Below, in pieces: positions 45,407 through 54,546 of a stretch of DNA of 64,000 nt. The DNA is from a virus, in IMG/VR virus record IMGVR_UViG_3300033182_001261, positions 13,327-77,326 of that record. One strand, 5' to 3'. Below the pieces are notes generated by a model that did no database searches, was not told the DNA's origin, and was given only the letters and a program-made list of their open reading frames with translations. The position numbers and the translations under genes are program-made. Each line of letters opens with the position of its first letter. Positions within the stretch are counted from its first letter, which is position 1.

Positions 45407-46863
45407 AAACCAAGAAATCCTTCAAGTGTTGGTGATTCTTCTTTTAGCGCTTCGGGATGATACTTCTCTAATATATCACTTCCCATCTTTTCTGTCAAGT
45501 AGTCATACCATTCTTGCTCATACCACATATTAGGAGATACTCCATTCCAACTTTCTCTCCATAAAGGATGATTTTGATTCATTCTTCTATCATCCACAAA
45601 TTGTCTTCTTGTCTTTTCATATTCCCATGAACCTAACACCTTCATATCTTCACGGAAATAAAAGACCAAGGACATTCTCAAAAAATCTTCCTCACCAGAA
45701 TCAGGTGCTTCTATTGGAGTATTAGCATGTATAATCCTCATATTGTCTATTAGGAGTAAATCTCCTGGACGAACATTGATGGCAGCACGAACTTCTGGAG
45801 TGACAAGATATCCACCTTTCCAGTTTTTACCTTCTTTTGTCACAACCGTCAGATTGGAAAAACCATCATTCAAAGAACCTGCATCACGATGACATGCCAT
45901 TCTAGCATTTCTATCAGCAGAAGTAGTATTCACTGTTATAGTTGTAAATACTGTATCCTCACCTATTAGAAACTTTTTATCTAGTTCATTAGTATATCCA
46001 TTCTGGACACCCCATCGAACAGGCATTAATCTCTTAAATTCGGAGTTCAATTTTCTAGCAAATGGGAAAGACTTTGCGAACTTTTCCATATTCCTTTCTG
46101 TGTAAGCAACGGCTCTGCCATATGGTATTCTAGGATACCTGCCATAATACCCTGCGATACCAGACCATATTGGATTCGCATAAACAGTTATGGAAATATA
46201 TTTCTTCTTAAACTCTTCAATATACTTCTTTGCTTCTTGCACATCCATACTTTTCAACAAAGGGATAAGTTTATTATCAAAGAATCCAACATACCTATTT
46301 CTCATAAGTCTGTCTTTATTGTCAGGATCACCAAAATCACGTGCAACCCTATAACCAATCCAAGTCATATACCTTGCTTTTGAGGAATCAATATCACCAG
46401 ATTCATGCTTTTTCCTGATAGATTCTAGGACATCCGAACCATCCAAAGATTTCGGTTGACCATCCTCAAAATATTTTATAACTTCTGCTTCATATGGAGA
46501 AACATAATCTCTCAGACTGTTTTCGTGACCATTCCCTGCAGCATATCCCCGATTATCAGAAACTACCGCAGCATCATAAAGTCCTTCATAAGCACCTTTC
46601 TGCTCTTCTTCTGTAAAGACATTTTTTCTAAACTTAAATGCTACCCTATCTTCTGTCAAAGAATCTTTATCCCAAATATCATTTGATGGTAAATAAAAAT
46701 CAGCGTCAGAATCTATCAGAATATCATAAAAAGATTCATCAGGAAAATTACCGAGAACAGTTTCATCCTTTTTTATGAATTCTGCCACATAAACATCTTG
46801 ACCCTCATCACCTTTGAATTTTTTCCAGACGTTTCCGTTAATTTCAATTGTTTCTATTTTCAT
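45403..46863 (-). CDS. TET/JBP-family 2OG-Fe(II) dioxygenase
   Basis: SGIAGYY.RYPR, FTTITVN, HRDAG (HxD), GG.L..PE, GDLLL, HANT, RMSLV.Y.RE; ends TLEGFLGL. Confidence 0.85.
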   Translation of the reverse strand: MKIETIEINGNVWKKFKGDEGQDVYVAEFIKKDETVLGNFPDESFYDILIDSDADFYLPSNDIWDKDSLTEDRVAFKFRKNVFTEEEQKGAYEGLYDAAVVSDNRGYAAGNGHENSLRDYVSPYEAEVIKYFEDGQPKSLDGSDVLESIRKKHESGDIDSSKARYMTWIGYRVARDFGDPDNKDRLMRNRYVGFFDNKLIPLLKSMDVQEAKKYIEEFKKKYISITVYANPIWSGIAGYYGRYPRIPYGRAVAYTERNMEKFAKSFPFARKLNSEFKRLMPVRWGVQNGYTNELDKKFLIGEDTVFTTITVNTTSADRNARMACHRDAGSLNDGFSNLTVVTKEGKNWKGGYLVTPEVRAAINVRPGDLLLIDNMRIIHANTPIEAPDSGEEDFLRMSLVFYFREDMKVLGSWEYEKTRRQFVDDRRMNQNHPLWRESWNGVSPNMWYEQEWYDYLTEKMGSDILEKYHPEALKEESPTLEGFLGL

Positions 46864-46869
46864 ATCAAT

Positions 46870-46898
46870 ATTATACACCATAAGTTAAATCATGTCAA
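46870..46898 (-). promoter_or_regulatory. early promoter, probably producing a leaderless mRNA
   Basis: TTGACA-17-TATAAT ending 6 nt before ATG 46863; no SD. Confidence 0.75.
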
Positions 46899-46909
46899 TA
46901 GGGAAATAA

Positions 46910-46931
46910 GGGGGAGACTTTCGTCTCCCCC
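46910..46931 (-). terminator. intrinsic terminator
   Basis: GGGGGAGAC-GAAA-GTCTCCCCC then TTATTT on -, just after ORF 46939. Confidence 0.85.
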
Positions 46932-46938
46932 GCAAAGG

Positions 46939-47259
46939 TCATTCAGTGGTATCTGTCAGGTTTCTAAGTTGGGTAGGAGTGAGAGGAGAGAGAACTCTGG
47001 AGTTGTTACCACTTAGACCTTTAGTATTTTCTTTTGTTTTCTTAATCCACCAGAAAGGTAGAGATAATAAATTCATTTTTTCTGTATACGTTAACAAACT
47101 TTTAGGAATCCAAACATCATCAAAGAGGAAAGCTCTTGGAGTTTCTCTCATAGATTTTTCTTGTAAAACCTCTTTTGTTACAGGTAAAACAACATATTGT
47201 TCCGACTTCTTTGATGCTCTTCTCTTTTTTTCAATAACATAATAATCTACTACATTCAT
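46939..47259 (-). CDS. WxPxS-domain protein, module copy 2 (start MNVVDY)
   Basis: RETPRA...VWIPKSLLTYTE...LPFWW; paralog of 26750. Confidence 0.6.
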   Translation of the reverse strand: MNVVDYYVIEKKRRASKKSEQYVVLPVTKEVLQEKSMRETPRAFLFDDVWIPKSLLTYTEKMNLLSLPFWWIKKTKENTKGLSGNNSRVLSPLTPTQLRNLTDTTE

Positions 47260-47278
47260 AATAGTCAAACCTTTCAAA

Positions 47279-48493
47279 TTATTCCGAATCCTCGGACTCT
47301 TCTGTATCATCGGTTTCTGCAAACTCAATAGCAGAAACCTTTTTGAATAAATCAATAAAACTCATTTTAGTTACATCATCAAATCTGTTTAGATTCAACT
47401 CAATAGACTTTTGAACATTACCAAATATACTATATGCTTTCATTATGAAAACCAACCTTCTAGTAGTAATAAGGTCATTTAAGACCGATTCATTGTAAGA
47501 GGATCTAGTTATATTTGCCCAAGCAACCAAATGTTCAATCAAAGTATTGACTTCCTCAGAAGACTCTACTCCTAGACTATCCCAAAACTTAGATAGGATT
47601 TTAGTCTCCACTCCCTTTTTGGGATATGATTGTTCAACAGTCACAGGAAATCTTTCTAGAAATGCTTCATTCAAGAATCCTGTTCCAACAAACTTCCCAT
47701 GCTCATCACCCTGACCCTTAGTGTTAGCAGTTGCGAACACTTGAAAACCGTGAGCAGGTTGGACGAACTGGTTTATTTTCTTCAAGAAAACTCCCTTACC
47801 TTCAAGGATTGGTTGAAGACACATAATGTCATCAGATGCTAAGTCAATCTCATCAAGAAGAAGCACAGCACCTGTTTTCATTGCCTTTACGACTGGGCCG
47901 TCAAACCAAACAGTTTGACCATCTACTAAACGAAATCCCCCTAGCAAATCGTCCTCATCAGTTCTGCAGGTGATATTAACACGATACATATCACGACCAT
48001 TCTTGGCACATGCTTGCTCAACCATCATTGTCTTGCCATTACCAGAAAGACCAGTGATGAAGATTGGGTAAAACATTTTAGACTTGATGACAGCATCAAC
48101 AGTCTTATATTCCCCCCATCGAACATAGTTTTTATCGACATTAGGAACATAACTGATTTCAGATGTTTCTGCGTTTGGAGTCACAACTTCTTTGACAGGA
48201 GTTTTGGAAACTTTTTTAGAAACTTTTGGTTTCGAAGCAGATTTGCCATTACTCAGGAAGTTATCAAAAACTGACACTTCTGGGATTTGATATTCTCCTC
48301 TACCCACTTTATTTGCCCCTTCCACTCCCCAAAGAGTAGCAATCATATCATTGATTTGAGGTTCAGTTAACGTGCCATCAGACCTTCTAGCAATATCTTT
48401 AAGATATGCTGACTTATAGGTATCTCCAGCAGAAACCTCATTGAATAATTCATTTACAAAGTTTTTACAATAATTTAGTTTTTTCTCTCTCAT
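47279..48493 (-). CDS. MoxR-type AAA+ ATPase (CobS-like), copy 2 (start MREKK)
   Basis: GLSGNGKT, LLLDEID, ATANTKGQG, FLERF; own promoter 48536-48564. Confidence 0.92.
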   Translation of the reverse strand: MREKKLNYCKNFVNELFNEVSAGDTYKSAYLKDIARRSDGTLTEPQINDMIATLWGVEGANKVGRGEYQIPEVSVFDNFLSNGKSASKPKVSKKVSKTPVKEVVTPNAETSEISYVPNVDKNYVRWGEYKTVDAVIKSKMFYPIFITGLSGNGKTMMVEQACAKNGRDMYRVNITCRTDEDDLLGGFRLVDGQTVWFDGPVVKAMKTGAVLLLDEIDLASDDIMCLQPILEGKGVFLKKINQFVQPAHGFQVFATANTKGQGDEHGKFVGTGFLNEAFLERFPVTVEQSYPKKGVETKILSKFWDSLGVESSEEVNTLIEHLVAWANITRSSYNESVLNDLITTRRLVFIMKAYSIFGNVQKSIELNLNRFDDVTKMSFIDLFKKVSAIEFAETDDTEESEDSE

Positions 48494-48569
48494 GATAATC
48501 TCCTGTATGTTTGTTTTTTCTACCCTTATATTATTAGTATAACAGATACTGAACCCTATGTCAACCCTT

Positions 48570-49652
48570 TTATGAAATAATATCAATAAATTTCGAAAGA
48601 AGCACTTTTTGATTATTTTTGTTAATATTATTAGTGTTAAACTTTTTCTGCAACTCTTCTACAGAATCAATATGTCCATCAAATTTAGTCTTTTTACTTG
48701 AACCATAAACATTGTCATAACTAAAAGTGTAATAATTATCATAACCTAGATAGTTTTCTTTTATATGAATAGGTTCTTCTTCATACCAGTAATTCACTAT
48801 GTTAAAACTGATTACATTTCCACCGACAACTTTTTTATAGAAATTCAACAAACCTTCAAGACTGTTGGCATTGGAAGTCCTATAAACAGATTTTGTTAAA
48901 GGGTCAAATGAAGATAGTTTAGTATAGGAACCTTGGCCATTTGAAGAAACGAATCGTGTAGGATTCGAATCTCCGTCAGTTAGAGTGATAGTGTTTAATA
49001 TATCAATATTTTCATCTTTTTTGAATTTCAAAGCCACTTGTCTCAAAAGAAGAATGCTGTCAAGAAGTGGAGTAGATGAGTTTGGACCATCGTGCTGATT
49101 AATTGACCTATGCTTTTTTGTTTTGAATAACATATAAGTGGACATAAAGTCATGCTGACTCAGTGATTGTTCATGACTAAACCACTCTCTTAATACTGGG
49201 AGATAGTTAAGTTCTAGATGTTTTTTAGAACCACAATTTTTATATTCAATCTCTCCACCTCTTGCTGAATATCTACCATCACTAAACCCCATAACTTTAT
49301 ATTTGATTCCTGCTTTTCTACAAAACTCAACCAACATAAGAGTTTGCTTAATAGTATTCTCAAACTTCTTCAATTGTTGCATAGAACCTGAACAATCAAC
49401 AAGCATAATCATTCCGTGATTTTTACCCTCAGGAACTATTTTTCTGGTCTTGAACAGTTTTTCATTCCACTTGTAAGTGTGAAGAATTCTCTCGTTGATA
49501 ACACCTGTATCTTTTTTTCTTATTCTTTTTGATATACTGGCAGACTTTTTTCTTTCGAAATCTAAAACCATCTTAGTTATGGATTGTTTATTTTCTTTTT
49601 GGAATTTTTTCCATTTCTTATTCCACTTGATATACTCTTGTTGATTTCTCAT
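48570..49652 (-). CDS. vWA-domain protein, copy 2
   Basis: GKNHG..MLVDCSGSM, STPL, LTDGDS; own promoter 49685-49713. Confidence 0.85.
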   Translation of the reverse strand: MRNQQEYIKWNKKWKKFQKENKQSITKMVLDFERKKSASISKRIRKKDTGVINERILHTYKWNEKLFKTRKIVPEGKNHGMIMLVDCSGSMQQLKKFENTIKQTLMLVEFCRKAGIKYKVMGFSDGRYSARGGEIEYKNCGSKKHLELNYLPVLREWFSHEQSLSQHDFMSTYMLFKTKKHRSINQHDGPNSSTPLLDSILLLRQVALKFKKDENIDILNTITLTDGDSNPTRFVSSNGQGSYTKLSSFDPLTKSVYRTSNANSLEGLLNFYKKVVGGNVISFNIVNYWYEEEPIHIKENYLGYDNYYTFSYDNVYGSSKKTKFDGHIDSVEELQKKFNTNNINKNNQKVLLSKFIDIIS

Positions 49653-49719
49653 TTTTAGTCTCCTTTTTCTACCCTTATATTAATAGTATAACCTATATCC
49701 GAAACTTTGTCAAGAGTTT

Positions 49720-50697
49720 TTACCAATTATATTCTTCTGCTTTTTTCATCCAACCCCTAACCTCCTTTTCTATTTTTCTCCAATCATCATAGAAATACTT
49801 TTCCTCAACCACTGGCAAATCTAATGAAGTGCTTTGTTGCCAAGACCTTACAGATTCTTCCCTATTATAAAGTTCATCCTCTTTATCTCTAAAATTTTTA
49901 TCAGTTTCTGAAAAAGGTAGGTCATTATCAAAGTCATTTTTATTTGGACCACTGTTCTCTTCATTTAATGATTGAGGTTCACCACTTTCCTGTTTTTCCT
50001 CTGTTTTTTCATTTTGTTCATCTTCACCAGAGTCACTGAATTTAATATTCTGAGATTTATCTGTTGAGGATTTTGGTTCACCTTCTCCATTTTCCTGCTT
50101 CTGCTTTTCTTCATCCTTTCTCTTCTTTTCTTCTTTACAGTATTCGAAGAGTTTTTCTGCCAGAGATACAACATCTTCCCAAGTTTTGAGATTTGACATT
50201 TCTTTAATATATTCTCTTTCCTCTTGTGTAAATTCAACTCCGCAGTTGAGTTCTCCTAATTTCGAATGTAGGTTGAGTCTATCAATCAACAACATTCCTT
50301 GAAGTTCATCCTGACTCATATTCCGAACTCCGAAGAAATCATTATCAAAAAGTTCTTTGTAACCTATCTTGAATGAACTTCTCAGTCCAGGAAACTTATC
50401 TTGTATCATCCTTTCAATTCTAGCATCTTCAACAACATTCAGAAAACTTTTGAAGTTTGCTCCTTTTTCGTCTATTGCTGTGTGCCATCCCTCTTTCGGT
50501 GTATTGAGAGCATGTGAAACTTCATGCCCTATTAAAAGGTCATAAACATTTTCAGAAAGGTTTGCGAATTCTGGAAGAAACAGAGTTCTGGACTCCAAAT
50601 CAAATGCGGCTGTTGGGTAATGTTGTCTATGAACAACAGAAATATTTTCCTGAGACATTAACTTACCGACGATATCTTTATAATCTAGATTTTTCAT
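49720..50697 (-). CDS. HExxH metallopeptidase-like protein, copy 2
   Basis: TAAFD, HEVSHALNTP, NVVEDARIE; own promoter 50724-50752. Confidence 0.85.
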   Translation of the reverse strand: MKNLDYKDIVGKLMSQENISVVHRQHYPTAAFDLESRTLFLPEFANLSENVYDLLIGHEVSHALNTPKEGWHTAIDEKGANFKSFLNVVEDARIERMIQDKFPGLRSSFKIGYKELFDNDFFGVRNMSQDELQGMLLIDRLNLHSKLGELNCGVEFTQEEREYIKEMSNLKTWEDVVSLAEKLFEYCKEEKKRKDEEKQKQENGEGEPKSSTDKSQNIKFSDSGEDEQNEKTEEKQESGEPQSLNEENSGPNKNDFDNDLPFSETDKNFRDKEDELYNREESVRSWQQSTSLDLPVVEEKYFYDDWRKIEKEVRGWMKKAEEYNW

Positions 50698-50765
50698 AAC
50701 TCCCCTTTTTTACCTATATTAATAGTATAACAGTTAATAGGGGGAATGTCAATAGGTTTTAAAAA

Positions 50766-51350
50766 TTAATTCATAAAATTTATAATTCTTGATGTGGTTT
50801 CATCTACGATTTTCATGACACTTTTTTCGGAATAAGGATCTTTAAAAGTTCTCCAAACAATGTTAATGTCAGATTTTTGTTGAATCCTCTTATCATTGAA
50901 CTTTTCATGGTCATTTGCAGGTTCAATGTAATCGTTATTAATGAGTCTTTTAAGATGAATTATTATTCCATCTTTTTCTTCAGTTATCCAATAAAATTCG
51001 TCTCTATTGTAAATATCATATCGAACATCTGTAATGAATGCAACATCCCCAGAATAAGTTCCAAGTCTAGAATTCAATGTCTCAATCCAGTATCTCCCAT
51101 TTGACTGCTTTCTTTTCAAGTCACCATACCAAACTAAAAATTCTCTAAATTTATCTTTATCTTCGGTTAAATCAGACCAGACATTTAAACTACATTTGGT
51201 TTTTAGAAATTCTTGACAATCATTTTTCAGTTCTGCTGCTAATGCAAATTGTTTAGAAGATATCCCTTTGTCTCTGAGAGACTCCATGAGTAAATCACAT
51301 AGGAGATTTTTACCACTTCTAGCCACACCACTTATACCGACAACAAACAT
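50766..51350 (-). CDS. dNMP kinase (gp1-like)
   Basis: GISGVARSGK, FALA..LK, R..L...G, ITDVRY. Confidence 0.8.
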   Translation of the reverse strand: MFVVGISGVARSGKNLLCDLLMESLRDKGISSKQFALAAELKNDCQEFLKTKCSLNVWSDLTEDKDKFREFLVWYGDLKRKQSNGRYWIETLNSRLGTYSGDVAFITDVRYDIYNRDEFYWITEEKDGIIIHLKRLINNDYIEPANDHEKFNDKRIQQKSDINIVWRTFKDPYSEKSVMKIVDETTSRIINFMN

Positions 51351-51370
51351 TTATTCACTCCATAAAAAAA

Positions 51371-51457
51371 CGGAAGATACAGGATTCGAACCTGTGGTGG
51401 ATGTTACTCCACAATTGCTTTCCAAGCAAGCACCTTAAACCACTCGGACAATCTTCC
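51371..51457 (-). tRNA. tRNA-Ser(GGA)
   Basis: GGAAGAT acceptor, CCGAGTGGTTTAAGG, TTGC-TTGGAAA-GCAA anticodon arm, long variable arm, GGTTCGAATCC. Confidence 0.93.
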
Positions 51458-51506
51458 TTTTAACTCTTGTTCATAGTATAACACAAAATAAATATATTAA
51501 CAGGTC

Positions 51507-51944
51507 TTATTCTGAAATTAATTTTGGATTTATTTTTCCTTGAGAAATTAAGAGTTTTCTATTTTGACGATGCTCTTCTTGAATAACATCTTTCGTTTTA
51601 TCATTGATTTTTACCGCATACCCTTCTGCGCAAAGAGCTTCTGCACAAGTTCCAACTAAATCATATATGATAAAATCACCTATAATTCTTCCGTATTTCC
51701 CTCGGACATCTTGAAAACTTCTTAAAGTTATATCATCACTAAGTGATAAAAGTTCTTCGAGTTTTTTCTTTGCTGCAAGACCAAAAAGTTTTTCTTCATC
51801 ATCTTTACTTCTCATTTCGGGCGCATCAATGCCATAGATTCTGATTCTCTGTTTTTTCATCCAGACACCAAAACCTAAATCAATATCAACATCAACAGTA
51901 TCACCGTCAACTACTCTTATGTTTGTAACTCTGTATTCGTACAT
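51507..51944 (-). CDS. thermonuclease (SNase-like)
   Basis: RVVDGDT.D..IDLGF, RIYGIDAPE, GKYGRI. Confidence 0.9.
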   Translation of the reverse strand: MYEYRVTNIRVVDGDTVDVDIDLGFGVWMKKQRIRIYGIDAPEMRSKDDEEKLFGLAAKKKLEELLSLSDDITLRSFQDVRGKYGRIIGDFIIYDLVGTCAEALCAEGYAVKINDKTKDVIQEEHRQNRKLLISQGKINPKLISE

Positions 51945-52135
51945 TCTTTATTCCAATTCCTAACTGCTAAATCATAAGAAGGTGCGGGTTTTCCAGTCCA
52001 ACCACAATCATAACATTCAACATAATATTCTAAATATGGCATTGAGAATGAATAACTAACTTGTTCTTCAAACTCTTCCCATTCAACTTCAAGATTATTG
52101 CTACCACATTTACACGTATGTAAATCATTACTCAT
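51917..52135 (-). CDS. Lar-like restriction-alleviation zinc finger
   Basis: CKCGS...YYVECYDCG..G......AV..WN. Confidence 0.6.
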   Translation of the reverse strand: MSNDLHTCKCGSNNLEVEWEEFEEQVSYSFSMPYLEYYVECYDCGWTGKPAPSYDLAVRNWNKECTNTELQT

Positions 52136-52298
52136 AGTTACCATTCCTCTTCGAGTTTTAAACCTGTCATTTTACAAAATAGCATAATAGGTGAAGATAG
52201 TATGAAGAATAACACCGCAACCAAAAAACCAACCGACTCTAAATATAAATTTAGAGATTTTCTAAACACATTTTTCATAATAACTTTTTACAGACAAT

Positions 52299-52772
52299 TT
52301 AATCTTTTTTATCTACTACAGGTTGAACCTTTTTCTCAACTTTAGGTACTACAGGTTGAACCTTTTTCTCAACTTTAGGTACTACAGGTTGAACCTTTTT
52401 CTCAACTTTAGTTGTCGCAGGTTCAACCACAACAGGTTTGGGCATTTTTTTAGAAAAATCAAGAATAATTTCCAACTTTTCTGAAATTCCATCTAAAGAA
52501 ATCACCATTATCTCTTTTCTTTGAGTAGGTCTATCTGGAGAAACATTGAAAGATAAAGAACTCGAACCACAAAGACAACTGTCCACATCTTGAACTTGAA
52601 ATCTACCTTTTAATGGTTGCAAAAGTAATTTAGGGTCATTACCAGAAGTTACAATACTAAAAGGTATCAGTTTTCCTTTAGGAACATTTTCAGTTTTCAA
52701 TATAACTTCAAATTTTTCACCTCGGGATACAATATTTCCACTTACATTTGTTGATAGTTTATATTTTTTCAT
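52299..52772 (-). CDS. late protein with beta-rich domain and repeated tail
   Basis: Late box 52805-52812; (KVEKKVQPVVP)x3. Confidence 0.6.
   Translation of the reverse strand: MKKYKLSTNVSGNIVSRGEKFEVILKTENVPKGKLIPFSIVTSGNDPKLLLQPLKGRFQVQDVDSCLCGSSSLSFNVSPDRPTQRKEIMVISLDGISEKLEIILDFSKKMPKPVVVEPATTKVEKKVQPVVPKVEKKVQPVVPKVEKKVQPVVDKKD
52314..52411. repeat. 33 bp tandem repeat, about 3 copies, coding
   Basis: TACTACAGGTTGAACCTTTTTCTCAACTTTAGG. Confidence 0.95.
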
Positions 52773-52820
52773 ATATTTTCCTTTTTAAAAACTATATTTA
52801 ATCTTATTTATAATAACCCA

Positions 52821-53438
52821 TTACACACCACTGACTAATACAATCTTACAAATATGTTCCAGTCTTTCTATATGCTCAAACGCTTTCCACGGTTCTTCTG
52901 CAATGGAGACAACACCATGACCTTTAATACCCACAATGTCAAAATCCAATGAACCATCATCTTTTAATCCAAGATTCTCATGACACCTATCTGCCAATTC
53001 TTGAGATATCGGTGGAACATCTGGAACAGACTTTCCAACCTTCGTGTATCTGCCTAATTCTGGAAACTGTAAAACAAGTTTATCTAGTTCTATACCTCTA
53101 TGTAAAGCAGCAACCGTATATGTAGGATGTAGATGGACAACAACTCTACTACAATCACCTGATATATTTTTTTGTATACCGTAATGCAAAGGTGCTTCCC
53201 CAGAAGGTGCTAAATTAGCAGATAAATCGGTATGCTCTAAAACTACAAATTTATTATTATCTTTATATAGAGAAACTTTCTTCCACATATCAGGGTCAAG
53301 CATAGGTTTTCGAATTCCACTTGGTGTTATCCAAAAATGTTCCCTGTCTCTATTTCTGACAGATATATTACCATCTCTTGAAGTTATCCAATTGAGTTGA
53401 TAAGCTTTTTGCATCAACTCACAGCAAGTTTTTAACAT
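52821..53438 (-). CDS. class II aldolase/adducin-family protein
   Basis: DGNISVR, ITPSG, PSGE..LH, VHLHP, GHGVV. Confidence 0.88.
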   Translation of the reverse strand: MLKTCCELMQKAYQLNWITSRDGNISVRNRDREHFWITPSGIRKPMLDPDMWKKVSLYKDNNKFVVLEHTDLSANLAPSGEAPLHYGIQKNISGDCSRVVVHLHPTYTVAALHRGIELDKLVLQFPELGRYTKVGKSVPDVPPISQELADRCHENLGLKDDGSLDFDIVGIKGHGVVSIAEEPWKAFEHIERLEHICKIVLVSGV

Positions 53439-53442
53439 AAAA

Positions 53443-53676
53443 TCACTTTCTAGAATTAATAATAAAATATACAGTTTGTAAAACAATTAAAAGGATAGTG
53501 ACTGGCCAAAATGCTGTAAATAGTAACCAATATCTAAAAAGATACCTATCTGCCTCAAAATTACTTAACTCCCAATTCTTTTTCAACTCTTCCCTAATAT
53601 CAGTCTTTATGAATAGCATATACCTCAAGTATAAACCCCATATAACGACATTAATAACATAGTATTCAACAATCAT
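53443..53676 (-). CDS. membrane hypothetical protein
   Basis: Two hydrophobic segments, FWP. Confidence 0.5.
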   Translation of the reverse strand: MIVEYYVINVVIWGLYLRYMLFIKTDIREELKKNWELSNFEADRYLFRYWLLFTAFWPVTILLIVLQTVYFIINSRK

Positions 53677-53867
53677 AGTAAAATTTCTTCTTTTTCTTTA
53701 ATATAATTTTTAGCATCATTTAATGTAGGAAATAACTTTAAAGGTTTTCCTGATTTACAACCTTTAGGGAAGTACGTTAATATAAAACAATCTGAAGAAT
53801 CTATATAAGAAACTACCTGTTCCAAAACCAACTTCCCTTTACCAACTTCTATCTCCAAATGAACCAT
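53673..53867 (-). CDS. hypothetical protein
   Basis: ATGA coupling. Confidence 0.45.
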   Translation of the reverse strand: MVHLEIEVGKGKLVLEQVVSYIDSSDCFILTYFPKGCKSGKPLKLFPTLNDAKNYIKEKEEILL

Positions 53868-53870
53868 AAA

Positions 53871-54155
53871 TTATAAAATCTCCGTACAGTTGAAAATCAC
53901 TTTGTAAAAGCAATCATCATTGTCTTCTGAACCATCCATTGGGAAATACTCTTTAAGAGATTTTCCCAATCTTTCACACTCTTTTATTTGCTTCATAGTA
54001 GACTCTTCAAACATTTGTACAACATCTAAATATTCAACCATCATTATTTCAGGATCAGAAGAATTTTTTCCGATATTATGATGGTAAGAGTACAAATAAT
54101 ACTCCGTCACATCTTTATGTTCACTCTCTAGTTCTTCTACCATAAAATCACTCAT
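53871..54155 (-). CDS. acidic hypothetical protein
   Basis: In-operon ORF. Confidence 0.5.
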   Translation of the reverse strand: MSDFMVEELESEHKDVTEYYLYSYHHNIGKNSSDPEIMMVEYLDVVQMFEESTMKQIKECERLGKSLKEYFPMDGSEDNDDCFYKVIFNCTEIL

Positions 54156-54546
54156 TTATGTGAACAGAAACCCAAACATATTCCTTATCATCAACCAAAA
54201 CCTTTGATGTTGTTAACGTCTTGTTATCTAAGGAAGGAATCCTATCAAAAAGTTTTTCAACTTTTAACAAATTAGAAGAAGGTGCGCAATCAACATATTC
54301 AACATTTTTCCCAACAGATAAAACTTCATCATAAATCGATTTCCAAATCTCATTAACCAGTTCTGTATTTTTCAATTTTCTTTTCATTGAAGATAGAAAA
54401 TTAAAAGGTACATAACTTCTAGATTTTTTATCCCACATTCTACATTCAGAACAGGAATAATATTCTCTACCTTCACTCAAAGATTTTTTATCAATAGTGT
54501 GAGTTCTACCACAACTCGAACAAACATCAAACGACTTAACTATCAT
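54148..54546 (-). CDS. zinc-ribbon hypothetical protein
   Basis: CSSC...CSEC. Confidence 0.55.
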   Translation of the reverse strand: MIVKSFDVCSSCGRTHTIDKKSLSEGREYYSCSECRMWDKKSRSYVPFNFLSSMKRKLKNTELVNEIWKSIYDEVLSVGKNVEYVDCAPSSNLLKVEKLFDRIPSLDNKTLTTSKVLVDDKEYVWVSVHINE

